Assembly (NCBI GenBank): GCA_016286145.1
Contig: JAEESD010000001.1
Coordinates: forward strand, 1,057 to 65,056
DNA: 64,000 nucleotides
From: Bacteroidales bacterium
Lineage (GTDB): Bacteria; Bacteroidota; Bacteroidia; Bacteroidales; UBA932
Direction: 5' to 3'
Part shown: piece by piece, positions 9,548 to 19,966 of the stretch
How positions within the stretch are numbered: the first letter of the stretch is position 1
Layout: each line of letters opens with the position of its first letter
Notes under the pieces: model-generated
What the model saw: the letters and a program-made list of their open reading frames with translations, nothing else
What the model was told of the DNA's origin: nothing
The model's database searches: none
Made by a program: the position numbers and the translations under genes

Positions 9548-10042
9548 ATGAAATTGTTGAAAATTTTTGCACTGGCCGTCCTGGCCGCTGGCGCTCTCTT
9601 TATGAGCTATTCTTGTTCTGATGGCGGTCCTGACGACGAGGCCGAGAACATCCTCATCATCGAGGGTCAGACCTATAAAGTCGCTCACGCACTTTACTTC
9701 CACGAACCCGGTAGCAGCGAGTATCGCATCGATCTTGACACCGAAGAATTCGGCACCAAAGAGGAGCCGGATATGATCCATGGCTATGGTGACTTCACCT
9801 TTGACGGTAAAGACATCACCATCGACGTCACGAAGCATGAGCCCCTGTACATCAGCGGATTCAACTGGAATGCAGGCGGCTTTTATCAGGCCGGCCCTTA
9901 CAAATCTGGTACTCAGACCATTAAGAACGGCAAGAATGGCACAATCATCCTGATCATCGACTGCAAGGATATGAAGGATCAGCGCTTCTACCTCAATGTC
10001 GCCGCTCAGGACGAAGAATCCTTCAACAGGAGCCAGCAGTAA
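9548..10042 (+). CDS. Hypothetical lipoprotein
   Basis: Hydrophobic signal with YSC lipobox followed by an acidic stretch. Confidence 0.75.
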   Translation: MKLLKIFALAVLAAGALFMSYSCSDGGPDDEAENILIIEGQTYKVAHALYFHEPGSSEYRIDLDTEEFGTKEEPDMIHGYGDFTFDGKDITIDVTKHEPLYISGFNWNAGGFYQAGPYKSGTQTIKNGKNGTIILIIDCKDMKDQRFYLNVAAQDEESFNRSQQ

Positions 10043-10083
10043 TGCGTATTAAATCCCTTAGGGGTATTTAACTGAAAACTAGA

Positions 10084-10118
10084 AGGGCGCGGCGAATCGA
10101 TTTCTGCCGCGCTCTTTT
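10084..10118. terminator. Probable intrinsic terminator
   Basis: aagggcgcggc...gccgcgctcttt hairpin with T tail. Confidence 0.55.
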
Positions 10119-10123
10119 GCAAT

Positions 10124-11368
10124 ATGAAGAGGTATTCAGCATTCTTGATAGCAGCAGTGCTTTTCTGCGCCTGCAGCCCCAAGCCGGAGAAGGAGATAGT
10201 CGTGTCCATCCCGGCCGACGGACGTTGGGACAGATATCCCACGCCCGAGGCGGTGTGTGGCCTGCTCGATACGATCGCGTGGGCGGGATTCAACTCGATC
10301 AAGGTGGACGTGAAGCCGGTCGTGGGATATTGCGAGTTCGAGAGCTCCTACCTCGAGCCGATGCGGACGATGAAGACGCGCCCGGGGGCGCACGAAGGCT
10401 GGGACTACGCCGCCACCTTCCTGCGTGAGGGGCGCAAACGCGGGCTCAAGGTCTCGCTGACCTGCGCGGTCTTCCCGCTGGGGGCATGGCAACTCGACGA
10501 CGGCCCCGCGTTCCGCGACCCTTCGAAGGACGGCTGGTTCTGCGTGGAATATCTCCCCGACGGGCTGCGCGACATACGTGAAGACCGCCGCCAAGGCGTT
10601 TTCTGCTTTATGAACCCGTCCCACCCCGAGGTCCACGACTTCGTCCTCGGCTATATCGAAGAGCTGCTCGCGAAATACAAGCCCGACGGCTTCCAGCTCG
10701 ACTACTGCCGCTACAACAATATCAACTGCGATTTCTCCGACTACTCCCGCCGCGCGTTCGAGCAGTGGCTCGGCCGTCCGGTCGCTGCCTGGCCCATGGA
10801 CATTTTCACCTTCGCATCCGCCGACCCGAACGATATCGTCCCGGGGCCGCTGTACAAGCAGTGGATTAAGTGGCGCGCGGGCGTAATCCAGGGCTACGTC
10901 CGCGAGGTGAGGGAGATCGTGGATCGCGTTTCGCCCCGAACGGCCCTTCGCTACTGGGGCGCCGGATGGTGGCACGCCCTCTATACGACCGGCCAGAACT
11001 GGTGTTCGCCCTCGACCGCAGAGCCGATGGACTACCCCTGGGCGGCCGATGACTATGCGTCCACGGGCATCGCGGACCTCGTCGACTATTTCGAGCTGGG
11101 AACCTATCGGCCGCGTGTCCATGGTCCCGAGGATCCCGAGTCCATGGAGTTCGACCTCGCCCGCGCGCGCCGTCTCGTCGGCCCGGACAATATCGTCTAC
11201 GGCTCAATCTCCGCCGGCTGCCCGATCGAAGAGGCCTTCGAATTCCTCTATGAAAACGCCGACGGCTTCTCCTTCTTCCCGGTCGACGCCCTGCGAAAGG
11301 ATCCCGCGCTGTGGGACCGTTTCCACGAAGTGATTACTAACGCTACCCGAGTTCAAGCGCGGCCTTGA
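10124..11368 (+). CDS. GHL10 (glycosyl hydrolase-like 10) lipoprotein
   Basis: Lipobox CAC; VDVKP, FMNPSHP, DGFQLDYCRY, DFSDYSR, GQNW; paralogous to 44762 and 45940. Confidence 0.8.
   Translation: MKRYSAFLIAAVLFCACSPKPEKEIVVSIPADGRWDRYPTPEAVCGLLDTIAWAGFNSIKVDVKPVVGYCEFESSYLEPMRTMKTRPGAHEGWDYAATFLREGRKRGLKVSLTCAVFPLGAWQLDDGPAFRDPSKDGWFCVEYLPDGLRDIREDRRQGVFCFMNPSHPEVHDFVLGYIEELLAKYKPDGFQLDYCRYNNINCDFSDYSRRAFEQWLGRPVAAWPMDIFTFASADPNDIVPGPLYKQWIKWRAGVIQGYVREVREIVDRVSPRTALRYWGAGWWHALYTTGQNWCSPSTAEPMDYPWAADDYASTGIADLVDYFELGTYRPRVHGPEDPESMEFDLARARRLVGPDNIVYGSISAGCPIEEAFEFLYENADGFSFFPVDALRKDPALWDRFHEVITNATRVQARP
11281..11334 (+). repeat. Left copy of a 54-bp diverged direct repeat (GHL10 3' end)
   Basis: ggtcgacgccctgcgaaagga...cacgaagtgat matches 18144-18197 without gaps. 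Confidence 0.85.
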
Positions 11369-12953
11369 CGAAGGCCGTGAAGATGGGCTGGGGATGCTCC
11401 GGCGTGCTCTTGAATTCGGGATGGAACTGCGTTCCGATGAAGAAGGGGTGCTCCGGTATCTCTACTATCTCCACCAGACCGGTGTCGGGGTTGATTCCGG
11501 ATACGGCAAGGCCGGCGCTCTCGAGTTCTTCGCGGTAGGCGTTATTGAACTCGTAGCGGTGGCGATGGCGTTCGAAGATGATATCCTGCCCGCCGTATAT
11601 CCGGGCGGCCAGAGTTCCTGGCACTAGTTTGCAGGCATACGCGCCGAGACGCATGGTCCCGCCCTTGATGGTGGTGGTCTTCTGCTCCTCCATCAGGTCG
11701 ATGACAGGGTGAGCGGTGTCGCCGTCCATTTCAACTGATGCCGCGTCGGCATAGCCCAGCACGTCGCGCGCGAACTCCACTACCGCCATCTGCATGCCCA
11801 GGCAGATTCCGAAGAACGGGATGCCGTTTTCGCGGGCATAGCGCACGGCCGCAATCTTTCCGGGGATGCCGCGCTCGCCGAAGCCTGGGGCCACGAGGAT
11901 GCCAGACATTCCGGCTAACCGCTCGGCCACATTCTCCTCGCTAATGGTCTCCGAATGGATGCATCGCACGTTAACCTTGCACTCATTGGCCGCACCTGCG
12001 TGGACGAACGCTTCCTGGATCGACTTGTATGCGTCCTGCAGTTCGACATATTTTCCGACCATGGCGACCGTGACCTCTCGCTTCGGGTGCTTCAGCCGTT
12101 CAAGGAAGGCCTTCAAGGCAGTGAGATCCGGCTCGGTCGCGCAGTCCTTGATTTCCAGTTTGTTCACGACCAGGGTGTCCAGTCCCTCCTCCTCCATATT
12201 CAGCGGCACCTGGTAGATGCTCCACGAATCGATGGACTGGATGACGTGGCCGGGGCGAACATTGCAGAAGCGGGCAATCTTCGCGCGAAGGTCATCACTC
12301 AGCGGCATTTCGGTGCGGCAGACGATGATGTCTGGGTGGACGCCGGCGCTCTGCAACTCCTGTACGGAGTGCTGAGTGGGTTTCGTCTTGAGTTCCTTGG
12401 CCGCCTTCAGATAAGGGACCAGCGTTAGATGAATGCTCAGGAAGTCTTCTTCCGGAAGTTCCCACTGCAGCTGGCGCATGGCTTCTACGAACGGCTGTGA
12501 TTCCATATCGCCGACAGTGCCGCCAACTTCGGTGATGACTACGTCGAATTTGCCGGTCTTTCCGAGCAGGAGCATTCTGCGCTTGATCTCGTCAGTGATA
12601 TGGGGAACTATCTGGACCGTCTTGCCTAGATAAGCGCCTTCGCGCTCCTTGGTGATGACGGTATGATATATCTTGCCGGTGGTGACGTTGTTGGCCTTCG
12701 ACATATGGACGCCCAGGAAGCGCTCGTAGTGACCGAGGTCAAGATCCGTCTCCGCCCCGTCTTCGGTAACATAGCATTCGCCGTGTTCATAGGGATTCAA
12801 GGTCCCGGGGTCGATATTGATATATGGGTCGAATTTCTGGATGGTGACGCGAAGACCGCGCGCCTGGAGAAGTTTTGCAAGGGAGGCCGCTACAATGCCC
12901 TTCCCAAGGGAAGATGCCACCCCGCCCGTAACGAAAACATACTTAGTATTCAT
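11343..12953 (-). CDS. pyrG: CTP synthase
   Basis: [45 protein letters not shown]. Confidence 0.97.
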   Translation of the reverse strand: MNTKYVFVTGGVASSLGKGIVAASLAKLLQARGLRVTIQKFDPYINIDPGTLNPYEHGECYVTEDGAETDLDLGHYERFLGVHMSKANNVTTGKIYHTVITKEREGAYLGKTVQIVPHITDEIKRRMLLLGKTGKFDVVITEVGGTVGDMESQPFVEAMRQLQWELPEEDFLSIHLTLVPYLKAAKELKTKPTQHSVQELQSAGVHPDIIVCRTEMPLSDDLRAKIARFCNVRPGHVIQSIDSWSIYQVPLNMEEEGLDTLVVNKLEIKDCATEPDLTALKAFLERLKHPKREVTVAMVGKYVELQDAYKSIQEAFVHAGAANECKVNVRCIHSETISEENVAERLAGMSGILVAPGFGERGIPGKIAAVRYARENGIPFFGICLGMQMAVVEFARDVLGYADAASVEMDGDTAHPVIDLMEEQKTTTIKGGTMRLGAYACKLVPGTLAARIYGGQDIIFERHRHRYEFNNAYREELESAGLAVSGINPDTGLVEIVEIPEHPFFIGTQFHPEFKSTPEHPQPIFTAFVKAALELG

Positions 12954-14253
12954 ACTGCTGCGTTTTAAATACGCGGGAGAAAATCTCGTCTACGTTCTTG
13001 AAATAATAGTCCAGGGTGAAGCAACCGTCCAGTTCCTCCCTGGACAATATATTTGTGACCTCCGGAGCCGCCTCCAGCAGGGTCTTGTAGTCCTTGTTTT
13101 CAGTCCAGGCTTCCATGGCGATGGGCTGTACCATATCATAGGCCTGCTCGCGGGAGAGTCCCTTGGCGATGAGGGCGTTCATCACGCGCTGGGCGAAAAT
13201 AACGCCGCGGGTGCGCCAGATGTTGGCCATCATGTTCTCCGGATATACCACAAGGTTTTCGAGTATGCCCTTGAAGCGGACCAGCATGTAGTCCAACAGT
13301 TCGGTTGCATCCGGAAGTACTATGCGTTCGGTGCTGGAATGGGAGATGTCACGCTCGTGCCAGAGGGCCACATTCTCGTATGCGGTGAGCATATAGCCGC
13401 GCATCACACGCGCACATCCGCAGATGTTTTCGCTGCTTATGGGATTGCGTTTATGCGGCATTGCGCTTGACCCCTTCTGCCCCTTGCAGAAGGCTTCTTC
13501 CACCTCGCGTACCTCGGTTCGCTGGAGATTGCGGACTTCGAAGGCCATCTGCTCGAGGGTGGCGGCAACCAGAGCCAGTACGCCGACATAGCTGGCATGC
13601 CTGTCGCGCTGGAGCACCTGGGTCGAGATGTTGGCGCTCTGAATCCCAAGCTTTCCGCACACATAATCCTGGATGAATGGCGGGATGTTGGCGAAGTTCC
13701 CTACCGCGCCGCTCATCTTTCCGGCCTCTACGTCTGCCGCGGCTGCCTTGAAACGACGTATGTTGCGTTTCATTTCCTCGTACCACAGGGCCCACTTGAG
13801 GCCGAAACTGGTGATGTCCGCATGGATGCCGTGGGTTCGGCCGATACAAGGCGTGGATTTGAATTCCAGAGCGCGTGAACGGAGTACTTCCATGAATTCC
13901 TCCATGTCCTTCAGAAGGATGGCGTCGGCCTGTTTGAGGAGGTAGCCGTTGGCCGTATCCACCACGTCGGTGGAGGTGAGCCCGTAATGCACCCACTTGC
14001 GCTCCTCTCCCAGACTCTCGCTCACGGCACGGGTGAAGGCCACCACGTCGTGACGGGTCTGTTCCTCTATTTCCCGGATACGGGAAACATCGAAGCGTGC
14101 GTTTGCACGGATCTTGTCCACGTCTGAGGCAGGAATGACGCCCAGTTTGCTCCAGGCTTCGCAGGAGAGTATTTCAACTTCCAGATAGGCGCCGAACTTG
14201 TTCTCTTCCGTCCAGACGTCCCTCATTACTTTCCGGGAATAGCGATCAATCAT
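12943..14253 (-). CDS. purB: Adenylosuccinate lyase (Bacillus-type)
   Basis: MIDRYSR..., [40 protein letters not shown]. Confidence 0.97.
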   Translation of the reverse strand: MIDRYSRKVMRDVWTEENKFGAYLEVEILSCEAWSKLGVIPASDVDKIRANARFDVSRIREIEEQTRHDVVAFTRAVSESLGEERKWVHYGLTSTDVVDTANGYLLKQADAILLKDMEEFMEVLRSRALEFKSTPCIGRTHGIHADITSFGLKWALWYEEMKRNIRRFKAAAADVEAGKMSGAVGNFANIPPFIQDYVCGKLGIQSANISTQVLQRDRHASYVGVLALVAATLEQMAFEVRNLQRTEVREVEEAFCKGQKGSSAMPHKRNPISSENICGCARVMRGYMLTAYENVALWHERDISHSSTERIVLPDATELLDYMLVRFKGILENLVVYPENMMANIWRTRGVIFAQRVMNALIAKGLSREQAYDMVQPIAMEAWTENKDYKTLLEAAPEVTNILSREELDGCFTLDYYFKNVDEIFSRVFKTQQYEY

Positions 14254-14261
14254 AGGACCTG

Positions 14262-15203
14262 TTATTTATTAAGGAAATTCAGGATATTGTTTTCGATGCG
14301 TGAGGCGATATCTTCGCATTCCGCCTTCCGGAACGGTTCCGGGCTCAGTTTCTCGTAGAGTTCGATGTAGCGGTCCGTGATGCCGTTCACGACTTCTGGG
14401 GTCATCTCGGGCACTTTCTGTCCTGCCTGACCCTGAAAACCGTTCGCCATAAGCCATTCGCGGACGAACTCTTTCGAAAGTTGTTTCTGGTGTTCGCCTT
14501 TTTCCAGACGCTGCGCGTAGCCTTCGGCATAGAAGTATCGCGAGGAATCCGGAGTGTGGATTTCATCCATCAGCATAATCTGTCCGTCCCGTTTGCCGAA
14601 TTCATATTTGGTGTCCACCAGAATGAGACCCTTGCCGGCAGCGATTTCGGTCCCGCGCTGGAACAGAGCCAGCGTGTATTTCTCCAGCTGCTCGTATTCA
14701 TCGGCCGGGACGATGCCGCGGGCGATGATTTCCTCCCTGCTGATGTCCTCGTCGTGGCCTTCGGCCGCCTTTGTGGTGGGAGTGATGATAGGCTGCGGAA
14801 GTTTTTCATTTTCGCGAAGTCCGTCGGGCAGGGTGACGCCGCACAGACTGCGCCTGCCGGCTTTGTATTCCCGCCAGGCGTGCCCGGCAAGATAACCGCG
14901 TACCACCATCTCGACCTTGTAGGGTTCGCACTGCCAGCCTATGGTAACCATGGGATCCGGAACGGCCACCTTCCAGTTGGGAAGGATGTCGGCGGTGAGG
15001 TCCAGGAACTGGGCGGCGAGCTGGTTGAGCACCTGCCCTTTGCAGGGGATACCTTCGGGAAGGACGACATCGAAGGCGGAGATGCGGTCGGTTGCGACCA
15101 TCACCATACAACCATTTTCAAGAAAATAAACGTCACGGACTTTGCCCGTGTATCTGGACTTGATGCCGGGTAGATTGAGATCGGTTTTTACAACGGCTTT
15201 CAT
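14262..15203 (-). CDS. purC: SAICAR synthetase
   Basis: [34 protein letters not shown]. Confidence 0.96.
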   Translation of the reverse strand: MKAVVKTDLNLPGIKSRYTGKVRDVYFLENGCMVMVATDRISAFDVVLPEGIPCKGQVLNQLAAQFLDLTADILPNWKVAVPDPMVTIGWQCEPYKVEMVVRGYLAGHAWREYKAGRRSLCGVTLPDGLRENEKLPQPIITPTTKAAEGHDEDISREEIIARGIVPADEYEQLEKYTLALFQRGTEIAAGKGLILVDTKYEFGKRDGQIMLMDEIHTPDSSRYFYAEGYAQRLEKGEHQKQLSKEFVREWLMANGFQGQAGQKVPEMTPEVVNGITDRYIELYEKLSPEPFRKAECEDIASRIENNILNFLNK

Positions 15204-15375
15204 TGCTGATGAAATATGTCTTACAAAGATAGATAATACTTATCAACACTGAAAATGTTGACAAATACTGTTTATCCGTCTTGTAAGTGTCAGGTGCAAT
15301 CATTCCCGCCGACATACGTTTTGAGTTCAAACGATAAAATTGCGGAAGTCCATTATTATTGTTAAATTTGTGCAC

Positions 15376-16785
15376 GTGAGTAGTGTAACACGTACCGTTT
15401 CGGATTGCAAAGAATTGCATGAAGAGTGTGGCGTCGTCGGTTTTTACGGCGTTGAAGGTGCCGCTACACACGCATTCCTGGCATTACAGAGCATTCAGCA
15501 CCGTGGTCAACAAGGCTGCGGTATTTCTGTAGTACGCCCGGACGGTACACTTGCTCTGCACAAAGGCGCCTCCTTGGTGAAAGAGGTGTTTCACAAGGAA
15601 GATATAGAGGGCCTTCCGGGCAGTTCCTGCATCGGGCATGTTCGTTATCCCACTACCGACGTGGGAGGCCGAGAGAATCTTCAGCCGTTCCTCTTTGCCC
15701 GTCAGAATAACCCCTATGCTCTGGCCCATAACGGAAACATTGTGAACGCCGCCCAGGTGAAGGCATTTCTGGAGAAACAGGGGCATTTGTTCAGCAGTAC
15801 GTCAGACAGTGAACTCTTCGGCTATCTGGTCGGAAGCAGCCTGCACGGGAACGACTGGGAAAATGCGATAGTCAATACCGCCCGTTTGCTTGACGGGGCC
15901 TATGCCACGGTCATCCTCACTAAAGATAAACTCTTTGCCTGCAGGGATAAGTATGGCCTCCGCCCGCTTTCTCTTGCAAAAATGGGCTCTGGATATGTAG
16001 TGGCCAGCGAAACCTGCGCCTTCGAATCAGTTGGGGCGCAATTCATCCGGGATATAGAACCGGGAGAACTGCTGACCATCGATGCTGAGGGCCTTCATTC
16101 TTCCCATATCGCACGGGCGGTAAACCACTTCATGTGCGCCATGGAATATATCTACTTCGCCCGTCCCGACAGTGTAATCGAAGGATGCAGCGTGCATGCT
16201 TTCCGCCGTCGCTCGGGAGCGCTTCTGCACGCAGAGCATCCCGCCGACGCCGATCTGGTGACCTGCGTGCCGGAGTCCAGCATGAGCGCCGCCATCGGCT
16301 TTGCTGAGGCATCAGGTCTTCCGCTGGAAATGGGCCTCATAAAAAACATGTACGTGGCGCGAACTTTCATCCAGCCAACCCAGTCCATGCGCGACGCGGG
16401 TGTGAAGATGAAGCTTTCGGCGGTACGCAGCATCGTGCGCGGAAAACGCGTGGCTGTGATTGACGATTCCATCGTCCGTGGCACCACCTCGCGCACCATA
16501 GTGCGCATGCTCAGAGACGCCGGTGCGACGGAAGTTCATATGCGCATCGCCAGTCCGCCCTATGCATGGCCATGTTTTTATGGCATCGACACAGGCAGCA
16601 AGGAGCAGCTCCTGGCTGTGGGAAGGAGTGTGGAGGACATCCGCGATTTCATCGAAGCTGATACCCTGGGATACCTGTCAGTCGAAGCCCTTTTCCAGGC
16701 TTCCGGGCGCTCCGGGTTGTGCACGGCATGCTTTGACGGGAATTATCCCACGGATTTGTATGAAGAAAATGACAATAAACAATAA
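15376..16785 (+). CDS. purF: Amidophosphoribosyltransferase
   Basis: LHEECGV propeptide and catalytic Cys, QHRGQ, HNGN, IDDSIVRGTT, Fe-S cysteines (CAMEY, PCFYG, CTAC); start uncertain, GTG 15376 chosen. Confidence 0.93.
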   Translation: MSSVTRTVSDCKELHEECGVVGFYGVEGAATHAFLALQSIQHRGQQGCGISVVRPDGTLALHKGASLVKEVFHKEDIEGLPGSSCIGHVRYPTTDVGGRENLQPFLFARQNNPYALAHNGNIVNAAQVKAFLEKQGHLFSSTSDSELFGYLVGSSLHGNDWENAIVNTARLLDGAYATVILTKDKLFACRDKYGLRPLSLAKMGSGYVVASETCAFESVGAQFIRDIEPGELLTIDAEGLHSSHIARAVNHFMCAMEYIYFARPDSVIEGCSVHAFRRRSGALLHAEHPADADLVTCVPESSMSAAIGFAEASGLPLEMGLIKNMYVARTFIQPTQSMRDAGVKMKLSAVRSIVRGKRVAVIDDSIVRGTTSRTIVRMLRDAGATEVHMRIASPPYAWPCFYGIDTGSKEQLLAVGRSVEDIRDFIEADTLGYLSVEALFQASGRSGLCTACFDGNYPTDLYEENDNKQ

Positions 16786-16791
16786 ATAAGA

Positions 16792-18072
16792 ATGGAACAA
16801 AAGAAATTAGACGTAGTTCTCGGACTCCAGTGGGGAGATGAGGGAAAAGGCAAAATAGTGGATGTGCTCACTCCTTCCTATAAGATGGTAGCGCGCTTCC
16901 AAGGCGGACCCAATGCCGGCCATTCCCTCGTTTTCGGCGGAGACAGTTTCGTGCTTCACACGGTGCCTTCTGGTATTTTCCGTGATGGGACGCTTAACGT
17001 CATCGGCAACAATGTCGTAATCGACCCGGTCATCCTCATGGATGAGATTGCGAAGATTGAGAAACGCGGCGTGAATATCGACGGCAGGCTTGTTATTTCC
17101 AAACGCGCACATCTCATCATGCCCACACACGTCGCTCTGGACGCTGCCAGCGAAAGTGCCATGGGCAAGACCAAGATTGGTTCCACCCTAAAGGGCATAG
17201 GTCCTACTTATGCCGACAAAACCGGCAGATATGGCCTTCGCGTGGGAGATATCCTCCAGGACAACTTCAAAGCCCTGTACGAGGAGCGCAAGCAGAGGCA
17301 TCAGATGTTGCTCGGGCAGTACCCCCCGTTCGAACTTCCGTTCAATTTCGACGAATATGAAAAGAAATGGTTCGAGGCGGTGGTCCAGATGAAACGCTTC
17401 CGCTTCATCGACAGCGAAGTGTATGTGAATCAGGCTCTCGATAATGGCACACCCATCCTCGCCGAGGGCGCACAGGGGTCGCTTCTTGACATCGATTTCG
17501 GAACATATCCTTACGTCACTTCTTCAAATACCCTTTCTGCAGGGGTCTGCACGGGTCTGGGAATAGCCCCCTCACGTATAGGTAAGGTTTACGGTATTTT
17601 CAAGGCTTATTGCACCCGTGTGGGCAACGGTCCTTTCCCGACTGAACTATTCGACGCCGACGGTGACCGCCTTCGCGAGATTGGCCACGAATACGGCGCC
17701 ACCACCGGACGTCCCCGTCGTACCGGTTGGCTGGATATGGTCGCACTCAAATACGCCGTGATGATGAACGGCGTCACGGACCTCATCATGATGAAGGCGG
17801 ACGTGATGGACAGTTTCGACACCGTCAAGGTAGCCGTGGCTTACAAGGTGGGTAAGTATACCGTGGATTGTTTCCCGTACGACGGAGGCAAGGACGCAAC
17901 GCCCATCTACAAGGAATTCCCCGGATGGAAGACGTCCCTAAGCGGCTTGACCCGCTACGAAGACTTCCCGGAAGCCTTCCGTCGTTATATAGATTTCATT
18001 GAGGCGGAGACGCACTGCAAGGTGAGCATTGTGTCCCTTGGCCCGGATCGCGACGCGACCGTAATGCGTTAG
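16792..18072 (+). CDS. purA: Adenylosuccinate synthetase
   Basis: GLQWGDEGKGK, GGPNAGH, EGAQG, GATTGRPRR. Confidence 0.97.
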   Translation: MEQKKLDVVLGLQWGDEGKGKIVDVLTPSYKMVARFQGGPNAGHSLVFGGDSFVLHTVPSGIFRDGTLNVIGNNVVIDPVILMDEIAKIEKRGVNIDGRLVISKRAHLIMPTHVALDAASESAMGKTKIGSTLKGIGPTYADKTGRYGLRVGDILQDNFKALYEERKQRHQMLLGQYPPFELPFNFDEYEKKWFEAVVQMKRFRFIDSEVYVNQALDNGTPILAEGAQGSLLDIDFGTYPYVTSSNTLSAGVCTGLGIAPSRIGKVYGIFKAYCTRVGNGPFPTELFDADGDRLREIGHEYGATTGRPRRTGWLDMVALKYAVMMNGVTDLIMMKADVMDSFDTVKVAVAYKVGKYTVDCFPYDGGKDATPIYKEFPGWKTSLSGLTRYEDFPEAFRRYIDFIEAETHCKVSIVSLGPDRDATVMR

Positions 18073-18143
18073 AAGATTCCTACGCGGGAGCAAAGGAATC
18101 GGTGACTATCGTGAGTTGTCAATTCCTATTTAAGGAGTTGGCT

Positions 18144-18210
18144 GGTCGACGCCCTGCGAAAGGACCCTGCGCTGTGGGATGTCTTACACGAAGCGATATC
18201 CTCGTTATGA
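18144..18210 (+). pseudogene. Orphan 3' end of a GHL10 gene (right copy of the direct repeat)
   Basis: Reads VDALRKDPALWDVLHEAISSL*, versus VDALRKDPALWDRFHEVI in 10124-11368; its TGA overlaps the ATG at 18207. Confidence 0.75.
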
Positions 18211-19511
18211 AACGCTCGCTTGCAATACTGGCGCTTATTGTGCTTTTCGTTTCTTGCGCAAAGCGAGAAACGGATACCACTGCGCTCAGGTATCGAATAC
18301 ATCTGATCGCGTTGAAAGAATCTCCGGAAAAGGCCCACGCAATGTTTCTGAAGCTGGCCGACGAATGTCACGCTAAAGGGGAATACGCCCTCGAGGCCTG
18401 CGCCCTTTACGAGATGTCTACTAACTATCTGGACCAGCGGGATACCCTGGGGATGCGTCGCCTTCTGGACCGTATGGAGCGCCTGTCGAAAGAGCATCCG
18501 GAAAATATCGGGGCGGGGTATAGTTATTACTCGGTACTTGGGACATATTATGCCTCCTTGTACGAGCAGGATGGTTCGGAGACCACCCGCGACGCGATGT
18601 TTGAGGCGCTGAGGGAAGCTATCCGCTATCAGGAGAGGATGACCCAAAGGGATTATCAGCAGCAGGCAATAGTCCCTGCCTGGAATTATTACAATGTAGC
18701 CGTCTGCTACGATCTTTACTGCGACCCTCCGGTTCGCGATTCTATCGATAAATACCTGGTTCTGGCAGACAAGGCTAACCGTGAGACCCTCTATCTTAAG
18801 CCTTTTGAACATCAGCAGATTGATGTCTCCATCAGGGATTTGAGGGCCTGGCTTCTTTATTACGACGGACGTGTTGACGAGGCAATTACCGAGATGAATG
18901 AGGTCCTGGCCTTGATAGACAGTGTAGAAGCCGCAAGTCCGAATACCGTCATTACCGAGAGGGGAGAGGCCTACGGCTTTTTCGTGGAGGTGTATTCGTC
19001 AATGGGCGATTATGAGAAGGCTCTGGAATATGAGCAGCTCAAGGCCGAGAACGACGCCGTCCGTTTCAGCGCCCAGCGCAATGCCGCGGTGAGGGAAGTT
19101 GAGGCGAAATACGACGTAGCCAAGGTGGAGACGCGCCTGGCGAAGGTGATAGGCTGGACGGCCTCGCTGGCTATACTGTCTTTACTCCTGCTGGCCCTGG
19201 TTCTTTACTACAGGCTGCTTATACGCAGCAGGGAAGAGAGCCGTTACACTGCAGCCGTCGAGGCTTTGGTGGAGACGGACGCGGACATACGCGCCCTTAC
19301 GGAGACGGTCTCCCCGGAGGCGGCCAAAAAGATTTTCTCATCAGCGCAGATTCCCCTTTCCGCCGTGGAACGGAGATACATACTTCTGTTTATGTCCGGC
19401 AAATCGACCGAGAAGATTGCCGAGGCTATGCACGTTGAGCCCGCGAGCGTCTATACGATGAAGTATCGTATTAAAAAGAAGTTTCGCGAGGGCTTCCCTC
19501 TGCCTTTCTAG
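18207..19511 (+). CDS. Membrane-spanning regulator: lipoprotein-like signal, helical/TPR-like sensor, TM helix, C-terminal LuxR-type HTH
   Basis: MKRSLAILALIVLFVSC; EVEAKYD before the TM; LSAVERRYILLFMSGKSTEKIAEAMHVEPASVYTMKYRIKKK. Confidence 0.8.
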   Translation: MKRSLAILALIVLFVSCAKRETDTTALRYRIHLIALKESPEKAHAMFLKLADECHAKGEYALEACALYEMSTNYLDQRDTLGMRRLLDRMERLSKEHPENIGAGYSYYSVLGTYYASLYEQDGSETTRDAMFEALREAIRYQERMTQRDYQQQAIVPAWNYYNVAVCYDLYCDPPVRDSIDKYLVLADKANRETLYLKPFEHQQIDVSIRDLRAWLLYYDGRVDEAITEMNEVLALIDSVEAASPNTVITERGEAYGFFVEVYSSMGDYEKALEYEQLKAENDAVRFSAQRNAAVREVEAKYDVAKVETRLAKVIGWTASLAILSLLLLALVLYYRLLIRSREESRYTAAVEALVETDADIRALTETVSPEAAKKIFSSAQIPLSAVERRYILLFMSGKSTEKIAEAMHVEPASVYTMKYRIKKKFREGFPLPF

Positions 19512-19539
19512 CTGAAATCTAGGCAATTCTTTCTGTTTC

Positions 19540-19597
19540 TTGACATTATTTGTCTAGAATTGTCTATTTGACTGCCTTTTGACCTTTCATAGATTTG
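19540..19597 (+). promoter_or_regulatory. Phased TTGWC direct repeats and a TAnnTTTG promoter element
   Basis: TTGAC/TTGTC at 19540, 19550, 19560, 19568 and 19579; TAGATTTG at 19590-19597. Confidence 0.5.
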
Positions 19598-19608
19598 CAA
19601 TAAGCAAA

Positions 19609-19962
19609 TTGCAGATTTTGAAAGTCGAAGGCATCATAATAATCATCCTATCCATCGGCGTAGTCGTTGGTATAGTCCTTCTTGTTTTGGCCACTCTGCA
19701 TTTTCGGCGCTGTATAGGGCTGCTTGAAGCTTTGAATGCCAATCTGGGTAACAATCCTGAAGAGACATCCAGCGAAAAGGAACTGCTTCTTGCGGCGAGA
19801 AGGCCCCTGTCAGTGACTGAAAAGAAATTCTTTACCCTCTTTCTGGAGGGGAAGACAACCGAAGAAATAGCAGAATTGATGCACGTTGAGCAGTCCAGCG
19901 TGTACACTATGAAATATCGTATCAAAAAGAAATTCCCCAAAGAATTTCATCTCCCGTTCTGA
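19609..19962 (+). CDS. Short TM plus LuxR-type HTH protein, paralogous to the C-terminus of the upstream regulator
   Basis: N-terminal TM; LSVTEKKFFTLFLEGKTTEEIAELMHVEQSSVYTMKYRIKKK; TTG start uncertain (19609 or 19618). Confidence 0.75.
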   Translation: MQILKVEGIIIIILSIGVVVGIVLLVLATLHFRRCIGLLEALNANLGNNPEETSSEKELLLAARRPLSVTEKKFFTLFLEGKTTEEIAELMHVEQSSVYTMKYRIKKKFPKEFHLPF

Positions 19963-19966
19963 TTAT

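Noticed and set aside
15204-15375. Possible purine/ZTP/PRPP riboswitch between purC and purF
   Set aside because: No recognisable consensus; TAnnTTTG elements lie close to both starts, leaving little leader. An Rfam scan would settle it.
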